A stretch of DNA of 61,629 bases, filler included, from Sphacelaria rigidula (Eukaryota), in NCBI GenBank assembly GCA_964200075.2. It is 7 parts of 7 records of this genome, joined end to end, with 100 filler letters (N's around TTAATTAATTAA, not from the genome) between each part and the next. Parts side by side here need not be neighbours in the genome. Positions count along the whole stretch, not along the records: positions 35,279 to 43,995 come from CAXNAA020010284.1; positions 44,096 to 52,812 come from CAXNAA020010285.1; 5 more parts are not named here. The stretch is one strand, 5' to 3'. The notes beneath the pieces are model-generated. The model searched no databases and was not told where the DNA came from. It saw only the letters and a program-made list of their open reading frames with translations. Below, in pieces: positions 39,141-52,912 of the stretch. Each line of letters opens with the position of its first letter. Within the stretch, counting starts at the first letter, position 1. Both the position numbers and the translations under genes were made by a program.

Positions 39141-39840
39141 GCAGCGAAAGTAAAAGTCTGGACGCGTAGGCCCCAAGATCGAAAACTTGAGTTTTTGAGG
39201 GGGGGAGGGGGGGGCGCACCCCGCCGTGTGTCCCCTGGGTGATCGCCGAAGCGTTGACGGATGCGATTAGCTGCCGTGGACAGTAGATATCCTTATAAAA
39301 TATTGTATAATATTATATGTAATACAACGTGCGCCCTCGGGAGGTTGGTACGGGCCTCCCGGGGGTGACGCAAGTCGAATATATATATATACACACCAGA
39401 CCCATGCTGATCCATCTACAGATGACGTAGTCCCGCATGCAGGACTATGTCTAGGTCATCGGTTTACAGTTTGTGGCGTGGTGTATAGTCAAGCTTATAT
39501 TCTGTGAGCTTGGTGGCATCGTGTGTGTCGGCTTTGAGCTTGGGAGTGAACACAGCTCTGTGGCTCCCGAGGTACACAGAGAGTTCGACAAATCGCCTAG
39601 AGTAGTCTAGCCGACACCAGGTTGATGGCATCGAGTGCCTTGGCTTTGAGCTTGGAGCGTACACATAGCGCCGTGGCTCCCAAGGTACACAGACAGTTAT
39701 TCAACAAAATCTCCTACTACTACAGCAATCTTGCGGACGCCCGAGGAACTTTCCTCGTGGTTAAAGGTTTCCTATGGACAGGACCCTTAAATCTTGTTCT
39801 AGGTACAACGATTATAAGGACTACTGAAATCCTATAACCA

Positions 39841-40352
39841 CTTGTGTTTACTGCTGACTGAGGCCAAGGCAATGTTCAATTGTTTTCAACTGCTTCGCTC
39901 TCATGTTCTCGTGACATTCGCTGCATGGTCGCTGTCTTCGTTCTCCCACATCAACCAGAACGCGACAAAGAGAAAGACGGTGAAAAAGTACCCCGACAAA
40001 ATTTATCCTGTTCGAACGGACTCATCCTTTGTGGTTGGGGTTCCTGTTTGAAGTTTTCCATTATCTTGAAACGAGTTTTGCGATTCGGGATCGACACCCC
40101 GCGAAAACGCGCCAGTGTGGGCGACTTTCGATGGCCAAATCCCGAACCACAAAAGCCTCTTCGAGATGATGGAAAATCTCAAACAGTAACCTAGACAACA
40201 AAAGCCTGTTCGTGGCGGGGTATTTTCTGGCATTCTCGTTGATTCGGGAGCATAAAGACAGCGGTCATGTAGCGAATGTCACGAGAACATGACAGCAAAG
40301 CAGTTGGGAACAATTGAATATTGCCTTCGCCTTAGTCACCAGCAAAAACAAG
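39841..40352. mobile_element. foldback MITE-like element
   Basis: cttgtgtttactgctgactgaggccaaggcaatgttcaattg...catgttctcgtgacattcgct is mirrored by agcgaatgtcacgagaacatg...caattgaatattgccttcgccttagtcaccagcaaaaacaag. Confidence 0.8.
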
Positions 40353-43300
40353 ACCGTGCGATGAGCCGTTGGCGAGTTGAACAAGGCACACACGTGGGCA
40401 AACGTCCTCACTGTGGATCAGCTGTGGAAAACAAGCGCAGGGGGTGACGAAATCCCTCTGATCATGCAGCCCGTAACAGAGAGTTCCCTCAAATGATGCA
40501 CCTGTGAAGTACCGGCGCAGGGATGTCCTTGTGACAGATGGCAGAGATGTCCTTGTGACAAGGATGTATCACTCCACAAGTACCTCAAAGAGTGGACCTA
40601 AAGAAATGTACATGAACAATGGTTGGTACTATGGCAATACCACCAACCCTAACGCTTACCCTCACCCTAACATCGACCAAGGCATACCGAGAACTCTCGG
40701 GCAAGGGGGGTGCAGTTTCTCGAGTTAAGCGTGCGCTGCGAGAGCTCAAATCGACGCCTTTGAGACGATTTTGGACCAAAACACGTTCTAGGCGACCTGG
40801 GTCTACTGCTCACCACTGCTCACATGCCCCAAATCATGAGTTTTCTCGGAACTTTCTTCAGTCTTAAACCAAGTAAAATCGAGTACCAATCGTTGTGTAT
40901 GTACATTTCTCCAGGTCTACCAGTGTTGCGTCAAAAGAAAAAAAGTCAAATGTGTGCGGAGTTTCGCATACAAGAGTCATTGTACAAACTATCAGCTGGA
41001 ATCATCCACAAAGTAGATGTAGTCCATACGAGCGAGGTGCCCCAGAAGGAGGACCTACGGCCCAACATGCAGCATATCTAAAAAGCTATCTTCAAGGCTG
41101 GATTGTCCGCACAAGTTGCAGGCTGACAACGTCATTGTGTCCCGCGTTCGGTGGTGTATAAAGCGTTGCTTGGTACTGGTTCCTTGCGGGCCCCATGGTA
41201 CGACGATAGGTGGCGACCACGCTTCGCGTTCCAGCGCATCACCACGCCTAGGGTGTTGTATATGGAGTGTGCAATCCGCCTGAAAAATAAACATCTCAAT
41301 TGCTTCCGAAGAAACCGAGAACGGCACGGTTGTTTGCATCCATGTCTGGCGGCGTAGCTGATGGACTTGAAATGTGAAAACTCCATCATGACCAATATAT
41401 AAAGTGGAGAAAAATCTGTAATACGCTGATGCAATGTAAGGCCAGCAGACAGTACCCGTACGGTGATACTGCGTATCCGCATCTGAGATGCGGCGTAACC
41501 AGGGCGTAACCTCATCGTATGTTCATTCGGATACTTTTCTACGGTCAAGTCCCACCTTCCAGTGCAACTTTGCTTGTGGATTTCTCGCCTGCGACGGCGC
41601 GTTGCATCATGAAACTTTGCACACTAGTCGGACACAACACAGACAGTATATGCGCCGCGCGGTTGGCCCGAGAGTTCCCTACAACACGGCCACAAGCGAT
41701 TTCGGGGAACGCCGCCCATGCACCCTCAAATCGGCAATACAGCAGCCAAGACTTGGCGCTCTGCAGGCGAATGCATATATGCACGCGCAGATGCATAAAC
41801 TTAGACATGCTGAGCGGCTGGATGGCCGATGCGGTAGCAACCTGCCACCGTTCTGTACTGCGGACCTTTCTGGATCATGACCATCTGTAGTGTACCGATC
41901 GGCATACAGTCTGTAGCTGCGCAGTTCATGACGCACGGCACTACGCGCGCTGAGCCGCTGCGAGGCGCTGAAACATCGCCCATAGGCTGTGCAAACCACA
42001 GTCAACAGTTTCAAGTCGCTATATCTGGTGCTGTGCGCTGTAGCGAGGCGCACTAGAGGGAAAGGCGGTCATATTTTGTTCCGAAACAAATGTTTTGTTC
42101 TTGTGGCGCAACACTGACTCCATCACAGGAACATCTTTGCGCCGATACTTCACAGGTTCATACCCGTGAGTTAGCACGCTGCTTCGGTAAGCATATACAC
42201 AGCAGTGTACTGTGGAGTAATTGTGCAGGGATGCCCCTGGGGGCACTCAACAAGTATAGTGTGGCACAAATAATGAATACAGTAGTTGGGATCACTACAT
42301 CTGTGCAGTCTAATAAGTATACAATACAGGGTGTGGCCCTATATGTATACATCATGCTGTATACTATGGACAGTATATTGCGTTCCCATGCAGCGGGCTT
42401 ATATTGCAAGAGTCTAACATATGACAATAGAAAATTCGGGTATATGATGTAATAAGTAAATCGCGGCCAAAGATGTGCATTTGAAGTCGTGATCTGTGTA
42501 ATTGGAGGCTCCCTCATCGGTTGTGTTTGTTCGTCTATGTCTGTTTATTTTCGTGGAGGGCAATATATACCTGCCCGATCGTCGCGGACAAAGCGAGGAC
42601 TTGCGGGGTTCTTCTCTCTTCATTCAACCGATTATTATAAACGTTGGCCTAGTCGCCCTCGAGAAGGCAGCCTCAGTACCTTTGCCCTGATATGTTCTCA
42701 CGAACAGAGGCTCGAGCGGTATGTGCCAGATTGCAGTGCACAGCTGCGCAGTAACAACTCAACCCAGATCTAATCACAATAGCAGTTCAAATCCAGATGT
42801 TCACAGAAATATTGTATCTCCTTATAGTTTTCAATACGAACCAGAGCCAAAAGTTCCTCAAAACTATAAAACGTACTGGGTAAGGACTCACTTGGAACTC
42901 AGAGCAACGGCGGCAGAAGATGAAAATGTCCTGGGTCCGAGATAGAGTGCTCATGTTGGGCGCTCGGGGCGGCCGAGTGACTACCTTACGCAGGAATCAT
43001 ATCCGTATCTAATCGTGATAAAAAAACCAAAGAATAGAAATCCTCCATCCCACGAACGTTCCGGGAACACTATCTGTTGTGCACATGACCACTCCATGTG
43101 CAGCAGACATCAACCCTACTGTATCTCTCATTGACTATTCAGAACGTCAAATTGGATCTTCCAACGAGCTGACATCTCTCGACGGCTAATCAAGCTTCAA
43201 ATCCGAACGTTGATTTACTCCGAGATATGTATGTCCAAAACGTTGCTGTGCCTTATCGACGCCAGTCCCTTCAAATTCCATAACAATAGCCTACTCTGGA

Positions 43301-43995
43301 ACGTGAGCATGCAGACGCTCGAAGAGCTTCGAAGGCTCACATTCCACCATCATCTTCCACACCACAAAAAAGGTCAAGATAAAATATAAGAAGGGACAAT
43401 AGGGAATTCCCTGATTATGGCAAACAACGGAATCCCCGCTTTGGCGCAGGATCCATGCGGTTGCGCGATCAGGAGGCGCCTGGTTTGCTCACCACGACCT
43501 ACAGTGTAAACAAGTCACCCGGATGGTCGAAGTCAACTGACCAACATGAAATACAAACAAGCTACGCACCGCCGACAAAATCAGCGCGTTACCTGGATGG
43601 TCTCACGATCAAACACTGTGAAAACCCACATAAACCAGGCTATTCCTTAGGCAACGGGAGATGTAGTACCCACGGTCGAACGAACATGAAGGGGTAGCGC
43701 AACACTCTCGGTAGGATTTCACGTTAATTGGTTACAAGGGGCCCGCCACGGCATAACGATAAAGAAGACATGACTTTCAACATCGAGGTGGTGCATGCAA
43801 AAACTCTTACCGGGGGAAAGACCAACGAGAGAGCTCGCGGTATAGGATCTAGGAGCGGCAGCAGTGGCCTGTTAAAGCTCCAGGATAGTGCAACGATAAT
43901 CGCAGCGCGACGCGTACTGAGGAAGCGACACTTTCTACGATAGCCCCCCCCCCAAAAGTGCATGGTTTTGGGAGGCAAAATCTTCACGTAAATCG

Positions 43996-44095
43996 NNNNN
44001 NNNNNNNNNNNNNNNNNNNNNNNNNNNNNNNNNNNNNNNTTAATTAATTAANNNNNNNNNNNNNNNNNNNNNNNNNNNNNNNNNNNNNNNNNNNN
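43996..44095. other. artificial contig spacer
   Basis: N44-TTAATTAATTAA-N44. Confidence 0.99.
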
Positions 44096-45160
44096 GCGGT
44101 AGTCATGGTGCGATATCGAAACGCACGCTGCGTACACTCGGCATATTCAACACAGTACGATCCAGTACGCTGCAGACCGCACGTGCAGCCGCGGCACGAT
44201 ACACTACAGATTGCACAGCAAAATATGAGGCGTAATAATCAGATGGTCGATAACCACACCACCGTCTGTGTTATGACTGCCACAACTATGTGCCTCTAAT
44301 GCACTCCCGGTCCCTTCCGCCGTAGAGTAGGCGTTTTGAGTTGTGACAAAAGAAATATCCTGAACCCAAAAAGTGGAGTGTCTACCTCAGTCTACCAGCG
44401 GGGGAGTCTCCGTCTGAGGGTTGAGCTCTTATCCCTTTTGAGACTAGAGATGAGTAACAAGGGGTTCACGATGTATTGGTAAAATAATAATGAACTAGTG
44501 GTGAGCCACGGCTGACGCGCGTGGCAGCAGTGCCGCAGGTATCAACACCACGAGTCTCGCACACGTGGAGGTTTTGAACTAAAATGGTCGAGGGCAAAAA
44601 GCGACCTTGACCCTAACCATATTTTTCTTGTATCAGCAGATTAATACTTTCAACCCCAAGATGAGGTGCTAGTCGGAGGGGTGCCAAACTCCGGAAAGTG
44701 TCCGGGCTGTCTGAGGACATTTTATCGACCATATACCATGTTTCCTCCTTCCTTTGGATACGCTTGAGTTCAACTACATCCTTGACACAGAGAAATCGTG
44801 CGTTAAAGTCGCACGCCCTCACACCCTCCCTTGTCAGATGCTACATACACCTTCACGCAGCTGACACATCCCGGGATTTCACCTTTTTTTCGAATGTTTA
44901 TCAGGCTTACCCCTAACACCCCGCGATAAAGTACTTTCCCGATTTGTTTCGCTGACCGCAGGACGTTCCCTGAGAAAGGTTACACTTCGCCGCCCTCATT
45001 GCTTTTTTTGTCGCACTTTGAACCCCTCCCCTTCCTCGGGATGAGTTCGTGGTCTAAAGGGATCAACCTATCTCCCTCCCGATACAATTGAATCAAAGCA
45101 AATGGAAAATAAGCACTGACGGAGGGAACTGGAGAGAAAACGTCGGAGGGGAGATCTAAG

Positions 45161-45610
45161 CACATACGCGGGCATTTGGCTACCCCCCAAAATGCCTCCG
45201 GAGGGATACGCGGCCCTCCAGAGGCAAAACAAGCTTCCGGAGGCCTTCAATCCCTCTCGAGGAAACCAAACACTACCGACCTGGAGGGCCGCGTACCCCT
45301 CCGGAGGAATTTGGGGGTACGCGCGACCCTCCAGAGGCAAAACAAGCTTCCGGAGGCCTTCAATCCCTCTCGAGGAAACCAAACACTACCGACCCGGAGG
45401 GCCGCGTACCCCTCCGGAGGAATTTGGGGGTACGCGCGACCCTCCAAAGGCAAAAACATGCCTCCGGAGGCGTTTCATCCCTGTGTAGGAAACCAAAAAA
45501 TCTCCTCTGGAGGACCGCGCACCCCTCCGGAGGCTTTGGATCCCTCTGGAGACTCGGAAAGTTTGTCCACCTGGAGGAATTTGGGGGGACGCCAAATGGC
45601 CGCGTGTGCA
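45161..45610. mobile_element. non-autonomous DNA transposon with ~20-bp TIRs and internal 113-bp tandem repeats rich in CCTCCGGAGG
   Basis: TIRs cacatacgcgggcatttggc and gccaaatggccgcgtgtgca. Repeat phase markers at 45221, 45334 and 45447. Confidence 0.7.
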
Positions 45611-46851
45611 GATAACAACGGAACCACCACGAAAGAAAGAAGTAAGCGTGGCCGTTAGGGATGATGAACGGTGGGGGGGATGTCAGCCCCCGAAAAGTGT
45701 CCGGGCTGTTCGATCACACGTGACCGCCCAGAGACCACTCTTGACGAAGGATCCTGAGAAATGGGGTTGAACATTAAAATGAGATTCAACTTCATAACAA
45801 TGCTAAATATTTCAAAGAGGCCGCAGACGTCGGCGCGGCGGGCACATATGATATATACACGGGACAGGCATTTCAGGGGCGGCGTTGCCCACAAGCGGGA
45901 CGATGGAGATATTAATTGCAACCCTGCCGTCCCGTGATCGTGACGCCTTCCGCGGCATATTGTGCCTTGCCTATCCTTGCCCTGCGACTGAGCACCCGCT
46001 CACGGATGGGGAATACGAAATTCCGAAGCTATTTCCAAAGAACTTCTCCTGCGTTTTGCACATACACACCCTCTTCCAAGTACACAGTGAGACAGCCTAC
46101 AGTGCTGCCAGTGCCATAACATTGGTTTCGAGTCACGTCATAGTCGTGAGTTGTTGCACACTCGGAGGTAAAAGTACCCGACCGGAAAATACGGTTACCG
46201 ACGCGGTAACAAACAGCCCTGTCGCCAGCGCAACGTGCGTGGCATGGCATATCCAAGTCTGAGGACATACATCACCCCAGACTTCTTCACCAACTCTGCC
46301 CTAAAACCTAGTGGGCTGCCACTCACGCTTCATCGCCGGCGTCATTGGTGGCATCCCCCATCTCCACGCCTCGCGAGCGTCTGCCAACACCTGATGAACG
46401 GGGTACGTGCGGTGAACACGGGTGTTCCAGACGGACGACCTAAGGGTTGTTAGTCGTGCATGTTACATGTTGTTGTAGGATAAGCTGTTCGCATCGTGCG
46501 ACCTTGGCGCTGTCCTTACAATTGACACAGGATCGCCGCGCGGAGCCCTCTCGTCACTCCCCGCCATGACTGGTGTGCAAGGGACTTCAGCAATGTCTCG
46601 CAAAATATTCCTCCCCATCTCTACCATTTGCGCGGTGGTATTGTTTGCACGCCCACCCCCCGGATCCATGGTCTGAAGGGGTCATCCCATCTCTTCCCCC
46701 GGGACATGCCTCGCATTTTGGTCTCGCGGATTCGGTCAGCACTCCCACACCGCGTCAACTCACGTCAAACAAACTCAGTCAACTACTTTGTTCACTCACG
46801 TTCTCATGCTTTCCACGGTGGAAATAAGATATTACGAAGAAAAAACCAATG

Positions 46852-46923
46852 CATCGGGAATCGAACCCTCGTTCTCTCCACCCTAATGACGACGTTCGGA
46901 TCATTACACCACCGAGGCGCGGC
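46852..46923 (-). mobile_element. tRNA-like SINE head
   Basis: A/B-box-containing copy of 26461-26530. Confidence 0.6.
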
Positions 46924-48183
46924 GGCAAGCCATATTACCCGATAATGTACATACACTCCGCCACAATGCAAACTGGCCATGAACCGACAACGTGTGGCAG
47001 GGCAGCCTCACACATTCAAGCGCAGTCGAGGTCCCACTTCAACGCCCCAATTTTTTATCGTTTGAATAAATTGATTGTCGCACATAAACCCGTGACGATC
47101 CCAACTGTGGGCACGAGATGGACATGAGATAGACATGCCCATCGTGAAGACTCGGAAACACTCGCTGAAGGATATTTGAGAAAGCGAAAACGGGAGGAAG
47201 AAGGGGGACAGAGTAAGCTGAAACCGCAAAAAGTAAAAATTGGAGGGGTAATTAAAAATGAGGGAAAACTATAACAAAAGCACCAGGCTAAAAAAAGATA
47301 TATGAACCGATGTCGAAAAATGAATAAGAAAACAGCGGGCCCCTGCCGCATGGCTTCCGTTGAGGCGGACTAGCAGGGAAAACACGTGGCCGTCGAAGCA
47401 GGTTGCGACTCAGGTTTCCGAGGACCACAGCTCTCACTCACGAGCACTGCAGGAACAAGACACAGTCACTAATTCAGGATCATAACAACAAAAGTAAGAT
47501 GAGACGAAAGGAGAAGAAGAGAGGGAAAAGGTACGAAAAAGGAACAAAGAGAGGAGAGAGGGAGGAAGCAGAAAACACGAAAAAATGAAATATTGAGAAG
47601 AAACGGAGAGACAAAGACAAGGCAGATCTTTATTGCACAGGAATAATACTAGAGAACATGGCTAACGTTGCAAGACAAGAAAACAGGTCGACAAGCGATG
47701 GAACGAGGCAGTGGCACGCGCTACCCCCGCCTCCCCCGCCCATCCCTAGCTGGCCGGCGGCGAAGCGGGCCACTCTCTCGATCGCTCCCGTCTTGGATTT
47801 CTTGCGAGCTGTTGCTGCTGCTGTAGCTCCACGGGTGGATGTTCTATTTGGCGACTCTGGGCGCAGCAGCCTATTTGTGGAGTAGGTCTTCCGACCTGTG
47901 ACTGTGGCCAGCACATCGACGCTACGAACACGCTGCTTCTCCCCCCAAAGCAGCACAGCAGTGATGTAGCCGTGCATTGCCACAGGATTTGAGACTAAAT
48001 CTCGTGTGCCTGTTTCCTGTTGTTGGAATTTCCTGCCGTTCCGAAAAAAGTGACAATTTTTTCATGTACAAGTGTGTACGTTTTTCATGTCTCGGGCTAG
48101 ATCTCCTCGCGCGCTCGCTACAATTCATGCCTCACCGATATGTGGTCCTTTCTCCTTTTTCCCCACTTAATTTTTCTCATCAG

Positions 48184-49802
48184 GTGATGGATCCCGGGTG
48201 GGAATCAAGGGGGTGGATGCCTTTCTCATCGCCCGACTGAACGACAGCAGCTCCTACTTTTTCACGTGGTTCTGCAAACGCTACAGGATCCGGATGTGCG
48301 ATCCGGACTTAGGAGCGAAATTGGAAATCTACCGGTGCCCAATTTGCATGGACATGTGCTCCAAGTCCGTCGAACTCTCGTGCGGACACGCCTTCTGCCG
48401 TCCATGCCTCACAACCTCGGCCGCCAATAACATGACATCGTGCGCCCTTTGCCGGCGCGAGCAGGAGCTCAACCCTGAGTTGCTGCGTGCTCAGTTTGAC
48501 GAGCGGCGAATGCTGAATCTCGCACAACGCCTGGCAATTCCAGCACCGTTGCGTCCACGCCAGCCCACCACCGGCTTTTCTGCCCCAGTTAATGTCGGGA
48601 AGAAGCCCAACCTTGCGTCTGCATGCTCCGTGATCGGCGGCGGGAAGAGCGTGCAAGGTCAAAGGGGCGACAAGGCAACACCTTCATCTTCATCCGCGGA
48701 TTCCATGACCACCCGCGGCCACTTGCTGTTCGGACCGTGGAGTAATGTCGGCGCAATGACACCGCAGGAACTTCGCCGCCGTTGGAAGCTCACCCGCCCC
48801 ACTTCGGACGTTGGAGCCATGAGTGTGAAGAAACTAGCGTCTTCGTGGCAAGAAGTGCAGCGTATGTCGCGCGCTTCTGCTGTTTCTGTCGGTGAACACG
48901 GTGCTTCAGGTGCTCCGCGTAGTGCTACCTCCTCACAGGAACCGTTACATGCACCGCAGGGACACTCCGCGTATCGTTGGTCCGGAGATATCGCTGCTTC
49001 CCACCACGCGGCACCCGGCGGCAGCTCGTCTGATCCACATGAGTCAGCTGCTGTCGTGACCACCAACGATTTTTCTGTGGGATCGACGGGTCCAGATGAG
49101 CTCTCGACCCGCTGGCGTGCGCTCAGGCGCGTCCCGTCGGCAACGGGCGTTCGGCGACCTTCCAGCGTCTTGTCCGGGATCTCAGCCGTTGATTGGGCTG
49201 AAGTGGAGCCATTACAGACCACCGCATACAAAACGAAGCACATGTTGCCGCTCACCTGCGCCGAGAGAGTTGAGGCAGACCCCGTCGACGTCGGTGCTTG
49301 CTCTCATGATATCATGACCTGTACCCGAACCGTTGGATGCCTTGCAAGTGGCGATCTACGCGAGCGCTGGCATAAAGCGTTCCAAGCGCTAGACAGTTGC
49401 GTGGGGGCTGTGGCAGTTGGTGATCTTGCGGTTCGCCTGGCCCTCGCGAAAGGCCCTCAGGGTGTAGGAGGGATGCCAAGCGCGGACCTAGCTACGCGAT
49501 GGGTTTCAACTGTTGTACAATACTCGGGAGGCCACAAGCACGAGCGTAGGTCGAAGAAAATTCCTCGGTTAGAATTTACGCTTGCACCGGCTGAGGGAGT
49601 CGGGGTTGGCACTGCGAAGCGAGACGCGGAGGGGTGCCCTAGTCACGACACGGTCAGAAGAGAACAGCGTTTTACTTCCGCGTCAAATCCTGTAAGTCCT
49701 ATGTCGTGCCAGGACGTCGGCGCAGCAAGCACCAGTAGCTTGTGTACCAGGTGGCGGAATGCACGCGGGGCTGCGGGACAGCCTGTGACGTTTTTGTGCT
49801 GA
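48184..49802 (+). CDS. C3HC4 RING finger protein (putative E3 ubiquitin ligase) with C-terminal VGxxxxxxLxxRW repeats
   Basis: 1.6-kb open frame. RING CPIC-x11-CGHAFCRPC-x11-CALC at 48336-48452. Acceptor tttttctcatcag| at 48183 suggests this is a long final exon; the first in-frame ATG is at 48294. Confidence 0.85.
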
Positions 49803-51561
49803 GTCACGGGTGGTTTCGCCTTTAAGGTGCACCTCAACAGTGGAAGGTGCCAAGGAAGTTAGCCATCACTGTTATCAATGCCATGTCCGTGATCATGGGC
49901 GAAGACTTCGATGTAATGAGGATGCCTGTTGTCCGAAAACATGGATATATGTACAGTTGTAAATCATCTGCGTTGGTTTTACGGTGTAGTTCAGGTAAAG
50001 TTGCACAGTTCGCCTCCGGAATGGAGCATGCCTTGTCTGTTACTTGCAGTGAATAATGACTGCTTCTGAGTGCACCCCTTTTTCCCGAGTGGGGAGCGTG
50101 TGTGGGCGCTATCTTATTGCTCTCTGTGCAGTTGTATACGAGTACCGATTGGGGACATCCTTGGCAAGCGTTGTTTGTGATGACGTTGTGATAGGTGTAT
50201 CCGACACTCGTAGCCTCCTTGTGTTTTGATCTAACACTTCGTACGTACCCAGGGGACGGACACATTTGGGTGAGAAAAGATTTGAAAAAAAGGGCATTGT
50301 ACAGCAGTAGTCTCATCTCTTGCAGTTGCAGTTCGGAGAGATTCCCAAGAGCCGACTACGGATCAGAGAGACAAAATTGAGATTGCAGCTGAAACAAACG
50401 AGAGGTCGACTGAGTTGCGGAGTTGCCTGGAGACAACCCATCCCCCGAAAGTAAGGGGTAGGAAACTATCGGGTCAACTAGCGAGTTTCTATGTAAGTTA
50501 GGCACTCCTGCAGCCGATGCAAAAACATCAAAAGTGCGGTTGAGCTGCTCTTCGGTCGACGTGAGGAACACCAAAATTTCGTTTTGGGGCAACAAGGGGG
50601 CAGGAAGGTAGGTGCTTTCGTGAATCATTTTGATATACTGAGGTGCCATTTAGTTTTCGATTCCTGGGTGACTGGCAAGAATCCGTCTATTCTGTAGAGG
50701 GGGCAGGGTTGGGGGGTTGGTGCTGGTTCGTTTATATGCGATTCCTTTTTTTACCCCTTCAAACTTTAAAATGCTTTGTCCCGGAACTTCTGGTCGTACC
50801 TACTAGGCGATAGGTCTGCGTAGGCAAAGACTGCAGGTGACGATCGGGGCCGTATTCCAATTGTGCCGAGATGCGGGGCGTCTGAGTACAGTATAATAAC
50901 TGGTCGGATGTTTACTACCGTCACATCTACCTATCGTTGTTGAAGTGAAGCTGAACGTGATGACATTGGAAAATCATGACAACCCAATATACGATGTAAA
51001 AGTAAACAGTGACGAGATATGCTTTTTTTCACCTACTTTCTAATTGCAAGAAAACAAGAAATGTATCTGTGTGGGGGGAGGGGGTGGGGGCGTACTCATT
51101 TGTTGCTTGCCTTAGTCGTTTGACCATTGACAACGCATCCCTTTCGAGGCAGAGCATGTGTGGGGGGAGGGGGGTGCTCAACTTCCTGAGAGTGTCATTG
51201 TATTTTTTTCAGGGACATCGCCATCTTACAGTCCTGCAGGTAGATGGGGAACGTGCGGGTGCTACTTGCGGAAAAGGGGGAGAGGGGATATGGAAACCAA
51301 ACCGGAATTGAAATATCCACGAATATATCGTTCAAGGGTCGGACGAATTAATGACTCCTCTTGAAATTACTTGATCTTCGTGCAATTTATTCGTACCGTA
51401 CGAATCAATCCTTGGGCTTTGCTTTCAGCGTTGCAACCCAGGGACGCGCACCCCAGGCACGTCGTGGAGCGGCCCAAAAATTGCGTGGCGACGTTGACCA
51501 GCGGTCATTTTTTTCTCTCTTTCGAGCAACCAAGCCTGAAAAATCGTAGATTTGGTGACTT

Positions 51562-52003
51562 GACAGCAAACACGGCATTTTACAAATTGGAGGTGGATTT
51601 TTTAATTGGGGATGAAGACCCGGAGGATTAAAATCTTCGTGTCTACACCAAATCTTCGAAGTATGTTTCCATTTTTTCACTTGCTGGTAGCTTTTGACAA
51701 CTACTATACGCCATACAAATTCGGATTTCGATTACCGAAATGTCGTGACCTCAGGTGAAAAACCAATTTTGGGGGGTTTTAGGTGTCCGATCGGACGCCA
51801 AAGTTGGTTTTTCACCAAGGACCACGATATTTCTGTTAACGGAATCTAAATTTGTATGGCGTGTAGTAGTTGTCAATAGCCACCAGCAAGTGAAGAAATG
51901 GAACATGTTCCACAGATTTCGTGTGGAGACGAAGATTTTAATCCTCCGGGTTTTCATCCCCAACGAAAGACCCATCCCCAATTTGTAAAATCCCGTGTTG
52001 GCA
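51562..52003. mobile_element. palindromic MITE (family of 27064-27505)
   Basis: ggggatgaagacccggaggattaaaatcttcg is mirrored by cgaagattttaatcctccgggttttcatcccc. Confidence 0.85.
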
Positions 52004-52812
52004 ACAGTCCGCCAGGGATCCAAGATAAAAATGATGATGAGATTAGCCAGCTTTGCACTGGCTAGGCACGAAGGGGAGAAGGTCAGATAGCACGGAAAGC
52101 TGATACCACTCTTATCCTATCGGTGTTTGAGAGTTCTTCCCTGGGCTTCCAACTTTCGCAGTTTTTTCTAGCTATGTTTTCCTTCTCATTCATCTCCCGT
52201 TTGATTCTGGGTCCCCCATCTTACTATCAATCGTGTTCCGCTTCCTCCTTTCTTTCTCTCCTTCCTTCCCTGTCTTTGTTCCTGTTTTCTCTTTGTTACC
52301 GTCTCGCACTTTTCGCATCTTCTTATCTCTGATCGTGTTTTTTTCACCTTGTCTTTTTTATGTGTCGTCACCCTACCTGAAGCAATGTGGTGAAGGGCTT
52401 TTTGGGATTGATCATCTCGGGACCGTTACGACTAGAGGTCTTAGCCTTTCTCATTTTCTAGTCATAACGCACATTTATATCAACTGTTCCACTACGGATC
52501 CAGTAGTCATCACAAGGGACTCGTTCCCAGGGTAAATAGGTGGGAAAATTCGCTCGAAAGTAGACTAGGGAGAGGCGACAGATGAACAGAAAGGGAGAAG
52601 AGAGTAACCTAAAAAGAAAAGGGTGACGAACAGAAAGAAGACAGGTGGGACAAAAAAGAAGACGAGAAGAGCAGCAAATATTTAATATCAATCGCCTTCG
52701 CACCCTCTATATTGCAGGTGAGTACAGTAAGCAATATCAATGATAAACAGCCGATCCTAATTTTTGGGGTTGAAACAAAATATGAGGTTGAAGTCCCATC
52801 CCTTCATTGCAG

Positions 52813-52912
52813 NNNNNNNNNNNNNNNNNNNNNNNNNNNNNNNNNNNNNNNNNNNNTTAATTAATTAANNNNNNNNNNNNNNNNNNNNNNNNNNNNNNNN
52901 NNNNNNNNNNNN
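52813..52912. other. artificial contig spacer
   Basis: N44-TTAATTAATTAA-N44. Confidence 0.99.

Noticed and set aside
40640-40672. telomeric repeat (ccctaa-like; also 2810-2846)
   Set aside because: Only a few degenerate units, internal to the contig.
41132-41880. minus-strand gene with a terminal exon at 41132-41279
   Set aside because: Plausible acceptor and open frame, but no recognisable motif and no phase-consistent upstream exons.
48184-48330. SPX-RING (NLA-like) assignment
   Set aside because: The pre-RING segment vaguely recalls an SPX C-terminus, but no SPX exons (MKFGK, KIxKKxDK motifs) were found upstream in the contig.
49692-49712. 21-nt intron (gtaagt...ccag) in the RING gene
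   Set aside because: Too short for typical introns here and in frame without stops; treated as coding.
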